A stretch of DNA of 62,798 nt, filler included, from Octopus bimaculoides (GCF_001194135.2; 5 parts of 5 records of this genome joined end to end with filler, not necessarily neighbours in it), one strand, 5' to 3'. Positions 25,511 through 39,005 are shown, counted from the whole stretch's first letter. Program-made: numbers and translations. Notes: generated from the letters alone by a model not told the origin.

Positions 25511-27524
25511 ACTTTAAAGTATTGTGATATTGAAAGTAATTTATTTTACAGCAACGCCATCTAGATCGTTAATGCTACTACCTATACATTTGCATGAAAA
25601 TTGTTATAAAACATGAAAGTACTTGTAGAAATGTGAAATTACAAAAATAAAATGTGAAAATGTAATTTCATTGACTATAATGTTGTATTGCATATAATAT
25701 ATATATTATATAATACACATGTGTACGTAGCTGTGTGTATGTGTAAGGTCTTTTTCGCTTCCCCCCCCTCTCTCTCTCTATTTCTCTCTCAAAAAAAATC
25801 CACTTTTGCAACAACCCGGGGCGGCGTGTTTTCAATAGTCTTCGTATATGCATGACTTTGACCTCCAGTCTACTAACAGCACATCATGTCACGTGCTAGA
25901 ATCAACTCATGTTTGTCGCAAGTGAAACAATGGATTTGGAAGGGAAACGTATTTGTGCGATATTCTGTTTCATATTGTAAGAAAAACCTTCTACAGAGAT
26001 TATCTAACGTCGCAACATGTCTGTGGGGAGAATTGTTTGGGCTGAAGGCAACGTCACGTGTGATACAGTGAAACAAGCATTTCAGATTGGAAATAAGACC
26101 CACTGAAGGCGATCTCAAAACTGATCGACCTTATATGACCGCGGTCCGACGAAAGTAGGTGCTGTGATTCTTGAAAATCATCACCTGACTCTTCGTGAAG
26201 GTTCCGAAGATGTAAGCATCTGTAAAAATTTATGCCACATGATTAAAAAAAAAGACATGTACAATGAATTAATCCACTTCAGTTTTGCTGGCAAAGGAAC
26301 GATAAGGGAATCGAGAGTCACTGTCAGTGAGGAGTCGTTTGATCATTAGAATTACGATGGAAAGATACAGTTAAGGAAGCGTGGGACTACAAGAGAAAGA
26401 AACTCATCACGGTGGGTTGGATCGTCGTCACCGCAAACAAAAGAAAAACGGAAGAAGGAGTCGATCGAGTTTTTTTCTTAAATAAGCATCCTTCATCATG
26501 AACTTTGTCCACATGAACGTTTGATCAATAAAATGCTCTGCTTGGATGGGTAATGTGAAGGAAGAGACCTGAAGCATGGACAAAACCAAACCTGGGAAAT
26601 GCAACACGAAAAGTTATTTGATCACACGCCACTTTCTCTTTATACCTGACTTTTTGACAAAGCACGAAACAACTTTAATCTTTCCCTCCTCTCCAGAGTT
26701 GAAATCCATTCGGAAAGGTTGACGATTACAGGTGATAGGCAAGAGTGAAGTAAATTCGCTACAAGAACTGCGCACTAACCACTGAAAATGTGTGATGATG
26801 ATGATGATGATGATGATGTTAATGTTATGCCGTCAGTAAAGTTGTCTCTCTCGGTGCTTTTAAGTTCTGTCTTCAATAAGTCCGAAGTAGGTCAAGCGGT
26901 CACTTGATTCTACACTGGTCAAAGTAGGTCCTTCTACGATCACCAAATTCCTGTCGTGTGACACCTCTCACAACCTCACTCTTCTAATAGCTCCCCTCTC
27001 ACTCTTCTTTTATAACCTTTCTACCCCCATCTTCGCCTCCTCTCTATTAATTCCTCCCCACTACTACATCTCTTTCGATTTTCCTTCTTTCTACCTCCCA
27101 TTTCTTCTCTCCGCTGTTACCTCTCCTCCTCCTCCTCCTCCTACTACTACTACTACTACTACTGAATAGCGCTTCCTACGTGAGGAGGAGACTCCTTTGA
27201 TTTCTATTCTACTCAACTGGACCTCCATAGCCATTCGATGTATGTATTCTTATAATTAAATATCATTTGGAATTGTATAAAAAATTTTAGAATATTTTGT
27301 GTGTTGTAAGAGTCTAAGCAATTTATTGCACAAATTTTAACAACAAAATCTCATATGGGCCCCCAAAGGCCATATGGATCCTGCCAGAGAAGCACTACTG
27401 TAGTGTTCCCTTGGGTGTGTCGTCTGGTTTTGTCTCTCCAGTATAGGCCGTTCAAAAAGATCCAAGCTTAGCCAGTATGGCATGAAGGACAGTTTGTTGT
27501 CCATGCAGCTTGTTTTCCCCACTC

Positions 27525-27536
27525 ACTCACTCACTC

Positions 27537-27599
<63 letters not shown>
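27525..27599. repeat. (CACT)n-(CT)n microsatellite
   Basis: Visible run. Confidence 0.95.
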
Positions 27600-27601
<2 letters not shown>

Positions 27602-27737
27602 ACGTCACGGATGCATCCAAAAGAGCAACACAACCGTTACAATTTGGTACCAGGAATTGCCAGAACAACAGTATAAGTGCCCTGTAAATGTTGTGTCATA
27701 GAGAGTTTTGAATATCAATTCCTCCAAGACTTCGATT

Positions 27738-27787
<50 letters not shown>

Positions 27788-28253
27788 GTTTCTTTGTTGG
27801 CCACACAGGGTTGAACACAGAGGGGACAAAATACAAAGTAGTGTTTTTCTTTTTGGGAAGAAGAAGAAAAAAAAGAATTTCGATCTAAAGGATCGTTGAA
27901 AAAAAAGGCCGATCAATAGGGATCACGTATCACAGAAATGTCATAATGTAAAAAGGGGAAACAGATTAGGTCTATCCGTGGAAAGAAAAACCTACGGAAA
28001 AGATCACGGTAAACTCGGGCAATGATGTCATGCAAAAAACACATTACGGTAAGTGACTCTTTTTTTGTTTCTTATTTTGGTTCATAGGATTATGCTCAAG
28101 GTGGCTCCGTCATTTACACGTGCCATCCTTGCCACATTCACCCATCTTTTTTTGAAACATTCACTAGACAAAACTTCCCTCTCCACTCTCACCTTCCTCT
28201 TCAAGTGATACTTGAAAAAGTTGATGAGAGATTCACCGGAGAGGAAAGTGTTT
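27788..28253 (-). mobile_element. 5'-truncated L1/Tx1-like LINE 3' end (ORF2 C-terminus plus 3' UTR) flanked by (GATA)n
   Basis: Minus frame FLSGESLINFFKYHLKRKVRVEREVLSSECFKKRWVNVARMARVN...*, then a UTR ending GTCCCCTCTGTGTTCAACCCTGTGTGGCCAACAAAGAAAC. Clade assigned from recollection of the C-terminal motif. Confidence 0.7.
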
Positions 28254-29074
28254 GATAGATAGATAGATAGAAAGGAGAGGCGACAGACTGAGTAAGGCAC
28301 TGAATGAAAGGTTAAAGGACGAAATAAACGAGAAGAAGTCTGAGGAAGAGATTAAGTGACAGCTTAAGTGCCTCGTAAACGTTGTGTCGTGGAGAATTTT
28401 GAATATCAATTCCTGGAAGCTGTTAGCAGTGCAGGAATACTTCGCGTTCTGATCATTTCTAGAGCTTAACTGACGTGTTGGTTACGGATGACACAGTCTC
28501 CGTTAGAAACGAAAAATATGCGATAATACTGGTAGACGTGTATGGATAAAGACGTAGATTAAATAAACAATGCGAAATGCTGTGAAGGTCCCGGGGAGGC
28601 ACATTGGAGTCTGCTTGAGTATCTGAAACAGTACATCTGCTATACGCAAACATTCTAGACAACATGGAAGTGGTGGAAGAGGAGGAGGAGGAAGGGGAAG
28701 AGAAGGGGAGGAAGGGAAGGCAAACGTAGATGAGAAGAGGAAGAGAGGGGGAAGTGGAGGATAGAAGGAGGAGAGGAGGATTGTAAATTCAATACCGGCG
28801 AGATCTGAAATCAGAACGTAACTAAATGGCCGTAACTAAAAGTCACAAATTATTTTGTCCGATGCTCTACCAACTCTGACACTCCATCATCCTGTGACAT
28901 GGAAACATAGTGAGACTAAAACTTGTAAGTGGTACAGTAAATACATTTAAGACTTTATGAAAGTCTCTAATGTTGCTGGTGTGAGTTTGTTTCGTATCTT
29001 ATTTATTGAGAGATTTTCTATTGATAGAGAAGGAATTTAATTTAATAAAAGGAAAAAATGACGACTCATCACAA

Positions 29075-29435
29075 ACACACACACATATACACACACATAC
29101 ACACTCTCTCATACATAGAGAGACAAATGTGTGTATGCATGTATATACGTATGTTTGTATATATATATAAAATATATAAACACATATATGCATATCCATA
29201 CATACACACACATGCATACATGCATACATACACAAACACATACAAGCATATATATACAAACAGATATACAAGCATGCATACATACATTTGTACATACATA
29301 CGCACATGTATATGTACATATATACCTACCTACATATACACAAGCACACATACACGTACACATGCACACATACGTATACATACATATATACATACATTAC
29401 ATACATACGTACACAGACATACATAAATACATACA
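29075..29435. repeat. Degenerate (CA/TACA)n tract
   Basis: Visible. Confidence 0.9.
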
Positions 29436-29989
29436 TGAGTGTAAAATTTCGAAGCCCTTCAGTTAAGATGTGTAATTAATGAGTTACTGAAGTGGTTAAG
29501 TAGATTTGAAAATAGAAAAAATAGTTGAATGCAATAAGGGTTTCTAATTTAGCCAGAATCAAAAATACTTTTGGAGAAGTCAACAGTTGATTACATTACC
29601 TTTACAACCAGCTTGGTAGAACGGGGGGGGNNNNNNNNNNNNNNNNNNNNNNNGGGGGGGGGGGGGTCACCGAGTGATCACCAGACATACTAGAAACAGC
29701 AACCAAATTTCTCTCAAATGACATCCCGCTATATTGAAATAGGAAGTCACACGGTCAGTAATGTTGATCTAGACGTAAAATGTCAGGCTGAATGATGGAA
29801 TGGCCATATCTGGAATTGGATTATACGATCGAGGTCTCCGAACAACAATGGGTTTAATAACGATAAGCTAACGTCAGTGAAATTCGAACGCAGAACCTAA
29901 AGAAGCGTAGCTTAATACGCATCCCGTTTAGTCAATCACCGATATTGTCACTTTCTCCACTGTCCGTCAATTGTAAACAATGTAAGTAA

Positions 29990-30488
29990 TGAATTATTAA
30001 GGTGTTGTGCATTTTGAGCTGCTTCCAAGGAACCAAAAATCAATTCAGATGTTTACTGTCAATAACTAAAGAAACTGGAGGAAGCAATCAAAGAAAAACG
30101 GCCAGAATTCGCAAATCGTAAAGGAATCGTGTTCCACCATGACAATGCTAGAGCATACACGTCTCTTTGCTAACTCGTAAAAAATTATTAGAACTGGGTT
30201 GGAAAGTGATGTCACATCTACCATTTATCCCTGACCTTGCACCATAAATTACCATTTATTTTGAAGTTTGCAAATAATGATGATGACCTGAAATCGCATT
30301 TGCTTCGGTTTTTGGTTGATAAGGACAAGAACTTATATGAGCGCGGAATCATGAAGTTGCCACAAAGATGGTAAAAGATCATCCGACCAAATGAAAAATA
30401 TATAATTGATTTAAGTTCATTCTTTGTGTTAGAAAAAATGACTTATTTCACACTAAAAAGCCGAGATCACTTCTTTGTCAACCCAATA
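29990..30488 (+). mobile_element. Mariner transposase 3' half with right TIR, decayed
   Basis: GVVHFELLPRN..INSDVYCQ..KRPEFANRKGIVFHHDNAR..LGWKVMSH.P..PDLAP..YHLF..YERGIMKLPQRW; ends CACTTCTTTGTCAACCCAA-TA. Confidence 0.92.
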
Positions 30489-30657
30489 AAAGAAATTTGA
30501 AAACCACATTTTGATAATAAAAAAATGTTAAAATTAGAATTTTAAAGAATTTTGTAGACAGCGTTCGCTTTAATGTTTCCTTTTGGAAAAGCTACATATT
30601 CCAAACTAACTGAAAAGCAGCTTCCTTCATTATCGTATAGTATATTTATTATCAATT

Positions 30658-30703
<46 letters not shown>

Positions 30704-30793
30704 AATAGAGATGGATGGATGTATATATGTGTGTGTGTGTAGATTGATAAAGAGGCAGGCAGACAGACAGACAGATATACAGGCAAATAGACT

Positions 30794-30842
<49 letters not shown>

Positions 30843-31138
30843 GTTTCTTTATTAGCCACACAGGGCTCAACACAGAGGGGACAAAATACAAATGTAGAGT
30901 TTTTCTTTTCGAGGGGGTCGAAAACAAAGCAGAAAAAAAACAAAAGTGGGGACAACGATGAAAAAGAACATCGCAAAACGTTTGGGGTATTTACAAAAAA
31001 TACGAAATAATACAAAAAATTCCCAATAAATGGGGAGGTTATCCGTGGAAAGAAAAACCTACGAAAAGACCACGGTAACCTCGGTCTTTAGCATCACAGT
31101 TTGTTAAATAAAATTTCTTTTATTTAAGCAAGAAACGT
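30843..31138 (-). mobile_element. L1/Tx1-like 3' UTR copy adjoining (GATA)n
   Basis: Similar to 27788-28030 (ATCCGTGGAAAGAAAAACCTACG..AAAGA.CACGGTAA); 5' side runs into a gap. Confidence 0.75.
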
Positions 31139-31238
31139 NNNNNNNNNNNNNNNNNNNNNNNNNNNNNNNNNNNNNNNNNNNNTTAATTAATTAANNNNNN
31201 NNNNNNNNNNNNNNNNNNNNNNNNNNNNNNNNNNNNNN
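31139..31238. other. Assembly join with TTAATTAATTAA linker
   Basis: 44 N + linker 31183-31194 + 44 N. Confidence 0.95.
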
Positions 31239-31365
31239 AGAGAGAGACGGGGGGAAGAGTAAGAGAAAGAAATGGATGACTTAGTAGTTAGATAAAATGA
31301 AGGATGGCTTGAAACGTTCATGGTGAAGAGAAAGATACGTACATGCATCGATAGATAGATGAAAT

Positions 31366-31429
<64 letters not shown>

Positions 31430-32856
31430 CTGGAATAAGGAGACGGTAAAAGAGTAAGAAAACTGTAAGGGAAGAATGGAGAAGAGTGATAGATAGACAA
31501 AGAGGAGGACATTGTATAGACATAAATAAAGACAAAAATACTTGCATATAGTAAGACAGGAGGAGGTAAAGTGTGAGAAAGAGAGAGAGAGAGAGAATGA
31601 GAATTATTATTGGTATGAAGACAAATAGACCGATGTACATGAAGATGAATAGTTAGATAAGATGAGAAAAATAAGGGATAGCATAAAGAAGAAAACAACA
31701 AAAAGGAGAAATATGAGTGATGCCAACTGAGAATCAGGCAGGCAAACTAGCAGACAGAAAAATAGAATTGATCATCTGCGACTCGATCGCTGTGTCATAT
31801 GTATAAGCGGAATGAAATCGGTAGGATGAACACGTTGACCTCTGCAAATTGAAGTCAATTGTGGACAAAAATTACAATAATATACGGTTAGCGTTTTCAC
31901 CTCTCCTCATCCAACCGCTAAAACCACCGACAACATGGTTATAGTCAAGTCATAAGAATGCAAAAGAAAAAGAAAAAATATATATATATATCGAGTAGAT
32001 CGTGTTGATTTATGCTTGTTCGCTTGTAATGGGGAAAAGAAATTTGTAATAATAATACTGTTTTATTACGGAGGTGTGTGTGTGGGGGGGGGTTAGAGGA
32101 CAGTTGATTACATCAAGTACAGTACTTGACTGGTACCCCCACTGAGAGATGAAGGTCAAAATCAGCACTGGCGTAATTCAAGCTCACAACCGAAAGGGAC
32201 GCAACTAAAGTAGGAAATATCTTTTGTCGATAATAGTAATAACAATTATTTCCAATTTTGGTAAAAGGCCTNNNNNNNNNNNNNNNNNNNNNNNNNNNNN
32301 NNNNNNNNNNNNNNNNNNNNNNNNNNNNNNNNNNNNNNNNNNNNNNNNNNNNNNNNNNNNNNNNNNNNNNNNNNNNNNNNNNNNNNNNNNNNNNNNNNNN
32401 NNNNNNNNNNNNNNNNNNNNNNNNNNNNNNNNNNNNNNNNNNNNNNNNNNNNNNNNNNNNNNNNNNNNNNNNNNNNNNNNNNNNNNNNNNNNNNNNNNNN
32501 NNNNNNNNNNNNNNNNNNNNNNNNNNNNNNNNNNNNNNNNNNNNNNNNNNNNNNNNNNNNNNNNNNNNNNNNNNNNNNNNNNNNNNNNNNNNNNNNNNNN
32601 NNNNNNNNNNNNNNNNNNNNNNNNNNNNNNNNNNNNNNNNNNNNNNNNNNNNNNNNNNNNNNNNNNNNNNNNNNNNNNNNNNNNNNNNNNNNNNNNNNNN
32701 NNNNNNNNNNNNNNNNNNNNNNNNNNNNNNNNNNNNNNNNNNNNNNNNNNNNNNNNNNNNNNNNNNNNNNNNNNNNNNNNNNNNNNNNNNNNNNNNNNNN
32801 NNNNNNNNNNNNNNNNNNNNNNNNNNNNNNNNNNNNNNNNNNNNNNNNNNNNNNNN

Positions 32857-32908
<52 letters not shown>

Positions 32909-32964
32909 CACACACGCACGCGCGCACGCACACACACACACACACATTTATATATATAATACGT

Positions 32965-33167
32965 TCTACTATAGCCACAAGGCCTGAAATTGTAAAGCAT
33001 GTGATAGTCAATTACATCACCCCAGTATTTGACTGATACTTATGTTATAGACCCCCGAAAGGATGAAAGGTAAAGTCAACTTTGGCGGCATTTTAACTAG
33101 AACTCTGAACGAAATGCCGCTAAACATTTCGCCCGGCGTGATAACGATTGCGCCAGCTCCCGCCTTA
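32965..33167 (-). mobile_element. SINE family A
   Basis: Reverse complement of head, core and tail. Confidence 0.85.
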
Positions 33168-33172
33168 TATAA

Positions 33173-33387
33173 TCCTTTCTACTATAGGCACAAGGCCTGG
33201 AATTTTGGGGGAGGGGTCTAGTCGATTAAATCGACTCCAGTACGCAACTGGTACTTATTTTATCAACCCCGAAAAGATGAAAGGCAAAGTCAACCTCGGC
33301 GGAATTTGAACTCAGAACGTAAAGACGGGCGAAATGCCGCTAAGCATTTCACCCGGCGTGCTAATGACTTTGCCAGCTCGCCGCCCT
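33173..33387 (-). mobile_element. SINE family A, full length, tandem to the previous copy
   Basis: GCCAGCTCGCCGCC head and CCCCGAAAAGATGAAAGGCAAAGTCAACCTCGGCGGAATTTGAACTCAG core. Confidence 0.9.
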
Positions 33388-33930
33388 GTTCTATACATAT
33401 AATAACAACTGTTTCACGCAGATCCATAAGTCAACAAAGATAGGGCACACGTGAACGAGTGCGCTAGTTTCGTCGCACCGAATACATCTTGGATACGTTC
33501 GGTTATTGGTAACTCTACAAAGCAGTATCTACAGGGGTATCTATAGATTTTAAACAGAACATTCAATGCTTTCCCACCTCTTTAGGACACCCAAGCTAAC
33601 GGCTCTTGCAAATGCTTTATAGTCCCATGAACTATGGTAAGTCCCTGAACAGACAACATAAACTGTCGACATCGACGCTCATGGTTTTTCCCCGGACAAT
33701 GTTTATAGAAGCTGAGTAATGTGTTCCAACGACAGTATTGTCCAGCTGGTAAGGTACAGTGAGCTCGAACAATATTCGACGACTCAGCTATTAAGGGGCC
33801 GGTTTTCTTATCGAGAATTTTGTGAACCTGCTGAGATAGGTCTTATTTGCAACGATGGCCAGGATCAGTAAAAACCTTGGTCAAGAGTACACAATCATTT
33901 TCCTGGCCCTAAAAAATGGAAAATATTTTT

Positions 33931-34090
33931 TGCGTGGCTGTGTGACAACAATCTTGCTTCTCAACCACATGGTTCCGGGTTCAGTCCCATTGTGTGGCAC
34001 CTTGGGCAAGAGGCTTCTACTATAACCACGTGCAGAACAAAGCCTTATGAGTGGATTTGGTAGATGGAAACTGAAAGAAGTCCGCCCTAT
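33931..34090 (+). mobile_element. SINE family B, 5' part running into (TA)n and a gap
   Basis: GGTTCCGGGTTCAGTCCC B-box-like motif, CACCTTGGGCAAG, GGAAACTGAAAGAAG. Confidence 0.88.
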
Positions 34091-34096
34091 ATACAT

Positions 34097-34137
<41 letters not shown>

Positions 34138-34710
34138 NNNNNNNNNNNNNNNNNNNNNNNNNNNNNNNNNNNNNNNNNNNNNNNNNNNNNNNNNNNNNNN
34201 NNNNNNNNNNNNNNNNNNNNNNNNNNNNNNNNNNNNNNNNNNNNNNNNNNNNNNNNNNNNNNNNNNNNNNNNNNNNNNNNNNNNNNNNNNNNNNNNNNNN
34301 NNNNNNNNNNNNNNNNNNNNNNNNNNNNNNNNNNNNNNNNNNNNNNNNNNNNNNNNNNNNNNNNNNNNNNNNNNNNNNNNNNNNNNNNNNNNNNNNNNNN
34401 NNNNNNNNNNNNNNNNNNNNNNNNNNNNNNNNNNNNNNNNNNNNNNNNNNNNNNNNNNNNNNNNNNNNNNNNNNNNNNNNNNNNNNNNNNNNNNNNNNNN
34501 NNNNNNNNNNNNNNNNNNNNNNNNNNNNNNNNNNNNNNNNNNNNNNNNNNNNNNNNNNNNNNNNNNNNNNNNNNNNNNNNNNNNNNNNNNNNNNNNNNNN
34601 NNNNNNNNNNNNNNNNNNNNNNNNNNNNNNNNNNNNNNNNNNNNNNNNNNNNNNNNNNNNNNNNNNNNNNNNNNNNNNNNNNNNNNNNNNNNNNNNNNNN
34701 NNNNNNNNNN

Positions 34711-34806
34711 AAGGCTATAGTAGAAGACACTTGCCCAAGGTGCCACGCAGTGGGACTGAACTCGGAACCATATGGTTGGTAAGAAAACTGCTTACCACAC
34801 AGCCAC
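34711..34806 (-). mobile_element. SINE family B head
   Basis: CTTGCCCAAGGTGCCACGCAGTGGGACTGAACTCGGAACCAT. Confidence 0.85.
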
Positions 34807-35371
34807 TCTTGTTGTCTCATTGTTTTCTGTCCTCGTACGCCGTCATGTCCGCTCAATTAATATTATCAGGTGCTGAAATTGTGATGATATTTGGTCAACA
34901 ACTAATGAGGGTTGGGCGTGTCTCTGTTTTTGTTTGGTCATTGTTTATATCGCTAGTTTGTTGCTCTTGTTATAATGAAGAAAAAGGACATCTTCAAAAC
35001 AAAAACTCTTAAATCAAAAGTGGTAGGAACCACCATAGAAGTAATACAAAACTTCTTACTAGTTTATCGAGGAACTCCAAATCCAGAAAAGAAGCAGAAA
35101 AGTAGTCACCTGCACAAGACATGTTTGAGAGAAAGATTAGAACAACTCTAGAGCCTATTCTGAAGAATGATTGTAGAAAACAAAACAGGAAATTATATTT
35201 TAAACGACCAGTACCAGAGATGCATGAAACAGTTCCATCTTAAACAACCAGTGTGGGTACGTGAATTTTAAAATATTTTGTGCTGTTCGGTGCAATAGGT
35301 AGAAGGCAACGAGAAAAAGTTATTTATGAAATTCAAGTCAATAATCAAATCTGCATAATACACGAAGAGGT

Positions 35372-35760
35372 GGAGGCGCAATGGCTCAGTGGTTAGTGCA
35401 GCGGACTAGCGGTCATAGTATCGCGGTTTCGATTCCCAGACCGGACGTTGTGAGTGTTTATTGAGCGAAAACACCTGAAGCTTCACGAGGCTCCGGTAGG
35501 GGATGGTGGCGAACCCTGCTGTACTCTTTCACCACAACTTTCTCTCACTCTTACTTCCTGTTTCTGTTGTACCTGTATTTCAAAGGGCCAGCCTTGTCAC
35601 ATTGTGTCACTCTGAACCCCCCCCCCCTGAACTACGTTAAGGGTATACGTGTCTGTGGAGTACTCAGCCACTTGCACGTTAATTTCACGAGCAGGCTGTT
35701 CCGTTGATCGGATCAACTGGAACCATCACCGTCGTAAGCGACGGAGTGCCAACAACAACA
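35372..35760 (+). mobile_element. Full-length tRNA-derived SINE, family D, with (AAC)n tail
   Basis: A-box TGGCTCAGTGG, B-box GGTTTCGATTCCC, body of about 390 bp; 3' half shared with the 41063 copy. Confidence 0.88.
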
Positions 35761-37096
35761 ATAATACACGAAAAGAGAGAGAGAGAGAAATAATTCGAAA
35801 TCACAGAGAACGACAGAGATACCCTTCAACATTCTGTTGGAAGAATTCAATCTATCATCGTTATCGAAACTTATTCAAAAGATGATTCTCCATAGAACCT
35901 AGTTCTAGTTCTACACGAGTTCGTCAAACGCCTTGGATCATTTGAGAAAAGTGAAAAGGTATTAGAAACCTAGTTATCTTTTTGAAGTGCCTGTGAACGA
36001 GCAGGAATGGAGGCATTGCATTTTAGCCCTCCCCACATTAACTAGCCCACGTTTAACATGATTGAAGTAATTCAGTTACAATGTGGTTGAACTAGACTAC
36101 ATGCAGTCAATGAACAGTTATATGAGGACTCATATAAAGTGAATATATAAAATGGTTTTGTGCTTTCCACAGAGAGATCTGACTCTTTTCTAAGCCCTCC
36201 TTAGTGTTTGTTTTTTTGTTTTGTTTTGTTTTGTTTTTTCCTTTACAAGTATTTTTCCAATGACTAGGTCATGTTCTCACCACTGCCTGATGGAATTATT
36301 CTTTTATTGCTAAGCTCAGACTAGTTGTCGAACGGAATTATTCGTTTCTCTAGTTATTTATTCAATTCTATCTATTTAGTATCTGCAAGGTTACAAAACC
36401 ATCCTCCTAACTTGGTTCTGCGTTTAAGCGAGGACTGTTAACCAAAGAAACAAATTACATAAAAGCATGTCTCACAAAAAAACACAACGTCTGTCTACCT
36501 CTGCGCCAGTGTGTATTTGTGCATCAAATTTCACAGCCTCCCGAGACCCGTTCTAAAGTGGGACTCGACAGCAGATGGCTGTCATGACCAGCAGAACATG
36601 AACATCTTATGAAACGAAAATTCATATGTGCCTCTCTGGTAACATGTTTCGTGGAGCACGACGTGTTGTTCAGACAATAGTGCGCCATTGAATTAATGTT
36701 ACCATCAGCCACCTAAACCTTACCTTATAGCGACAATTTGGCAAATTCCTCTCTGGGCTCCAATCAATTTAAATAAGCTCTCGCTTCAACAAGATGTCTG
36801 CATTTTGTTTACGTGCTTGTAAATTTCTTTTATGATATGTCAAAATAAAATAACAAAACAAAAACACAAATGTCTCATCTAACACGTTCAACGAAAATTT
36901 ACATTAGGCCACAAAAGAGAGTCCCAAAGAAATATAGCCAACCAACAAACGCATAACACAAAATAGTAAAATAAGTGACTTCATTCACACCATTGGGTAT
37001 AAATGATGAGTTAAAAGAGTTGTAGTTCTCCTTTGAAGATATCGGCGACGGTAAACACGAATTAGGAGATAAATAAGTTTTAATAATTAGTGTTAT

Positions 37097-37266
37097 CTCT
37101 ACTAAATGTCACCACTCTGGTCTATTCGTATGTCGAACGAAAACGATGCCAGCTTTATCCTCTCTTCCTTTCTAGTCAGCACCGTGCATTCCTTACTCTT
37201 TCCCTCGCTTCTACACTATCATGTAGCAACCAGCGAGCGAACTTGTCACTGCCACTACAATTACCG
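37097..37266 (+). repeat. Direct copy of 38110-38278
   Basis: Highly similar over about 170 bp. Confidence 0.9.
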
Positions 37267-37289
37267 CAACCATAAAAAGTAAGTGCCAA

Positions 37290-37397
37290 GCTTATAAAAA
37301 GTAAGTACTGAGATCGATAGATTCGGATAAAAATTCTTCAAGGCGGTGCCCCAGCATGGGCTTAATTTAATGACTGAAACAAGTAAAAAATAAAAGA
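37290..37397 (+). mobile_element. SINE family B, 3' fragment
   Basis: TTCTTCAAGGCGGTGCCCCAGCATGG...TGACTGAAACAAGTAAAA. Confidence 0.75.
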
Positions 37398-37623
37398 TCT
37401 AAAATCTTGTGGTTGAAAATACAATAACAATCATTTTTAATCAAAAGCTTGTTTAATCTAATTTAACCCGGAGTAAACTAAAATAATAATGAGCCACTGC
37501 AACAATCAGCATTTTATATCAGCTTTCACTATTCTACTTCAACCACCGCAAATGTCATCACCAAACCGTCACCAAATCCCTACAATATCACTACGATACA
37601 CAGTCATATAGTTATAACCTTAA

Positions 37624-37759
37624 CCCTTTGAGTCCTGACCTCCTGAACCCTATTTGACCATATACCTGGCTTCGTGATGCACACCACCGGTAGAGCGGTG
37701 CTACGGTATAGAGAAAAATGAGCCATCCACCGGTAAACCGGTGTGACGGGCTCAAAGGG
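37624..37759. mobile_element. piggyBac-type MITE (136 bp)
   Basis: TTAA|CCCTTTGAGTCC ... GGGCTCAAAGGG|TTAA: 12-bp TIR with one mismatch and a TTAA TSD. Confidence 0.88.
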
Positions 37760-37846
37760 TTAATGTACATCAGTGGTTCTCAACCAGAGTCCATATAAAA
37801 TTTGGTGGGGGTCCACACAGTAAAATGAAAAATTGGAGATCCAAAT

Positions 37847-39005
37847 GTGGATCTGTTCAGTTTGGCTCACAGATTTTCTAATTGATATTTTTTTAACTAA
37901 ACAGTTTGAAACTTCGTATACTGGTAGAACGTCTCACACAGAACACTGTTTACTTTGAACATTTTTGACAAAATGTAGTATTTTAGAAGTTACTTCGTGT
38001 TAATGTTGTTGTATTTGGGCAATTTAAACCAATCAGCGACGTGTATTCGGTTGAAGAAAGCTACTGCTGTTCGCGAAAGTAATCGAAGAGCAACAACTTC
38101 CGGTTCCTCTCTACTAAATGTGACTACTCTGTTCTATTCGTACATCGAACGAAGACGATGCCACCTTTACCCTTTCTTCCTTTCTAGTCAGCACCGTAGG
38201 TTCCTTACTCTTTCCCTCCTTTCTACACTATCAAGTAGCAACCAGCGAGCGAACTTGTCACTGCCATTACAATTACCGTATTTTCCGGTGTATAAGCCGC
38301 TATTTGTTTTGTTTTACCTTCATGTTTTGATAATGTTATTTTTAATGTAATAAAAACTTTTATATTGACAGAATGTGTTGCTGATTACAGTAAGATAAAA
38401 TCATAACAACAGCAATACATCTCATAGTTGTAAAATTTTGAAACTACATTCACGTCAACAACAAAAAAGCTAGCCGGTAGCTCTCTAAGTCTTTTAAACA
38501 CCGGTGCGTTTTATGTGTGGATAAAACACTGATGGCGGTCAAACGAATAAATATATGTAAATAATATTTCTTTTTTCTTGGTGTTGATTCTTCGATGTTT
38601 ACTGGTCAACTCCGACGCGAGAACCAGAAAACAAAAAAAGAAAAGAGAAAAACGTGTAATATGCAACGCAGGCAGTAAACAATAAATAGAATAGAACAGA
38701 GTGGTGACATTTAGTAGAGATGACCCGGAAGTTGTTCCTCTTCGATTACTATCGCACACAGCAGTAGCTTTCTTCAACCGAATACACGTCGTTGATTGGC
38801 TGAAATTATATAAAATTATATAAAATATAAACCAATATCAATTAGTTTCACACGAAATAACTTCTAGGATACCAAATTTTCTGAAAAATGTTCAAAGTAA
38901 ACCGTGTTCTGCGTGAGATGTTCCACCAGTATACGAAATTTCAAACCGTTTAGTTAAAAAAAAATTAAGTAAAAAAATCTGTGAGCCAAACTGAACAGAT
39001 CCCAC
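37847..39005. mobile_element. Foldback element with inverted arms of about 300 bp
   Basis: 37847-38138 is the reverse complement of 38690-39005 (for example GATCTGTTCAGTTTGGCTCACAGATTTT and GCTACTGCTGT..GCGA.AGTAATCGAAGAG); TSD not resolved. Confidence 0.88.
38276..38532. mobile_element. Possible Tc2/pogo-like MITE inside the foldback spacer
   Basis: TA|CCGTATTTTCCGGTGTATAAGCCGC left end; diverged right end GGTGCGTTTTATGTGTGGATAAAACAC. Confidence 0.4.

Noticed and set aside
25850-26790. Higher-complexity stretch, possibly a decayed transposase or gene
   Set aside because: Stops in every frame read and no recognisable motif; needs TBLASTX
27670-28420. Approximately 55-bp similar segments at 27675 and 28370 (ELIFK.L.DTTFT.HL on the minus strand)
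   Set aside because: Too short to assign; probably fragments of one old repeat
35372-35445. tRNA gene
   Set aside because: A and B boxes are present, but the sequence continues into a 390-bp body shared with another copy, so it is a SINE head
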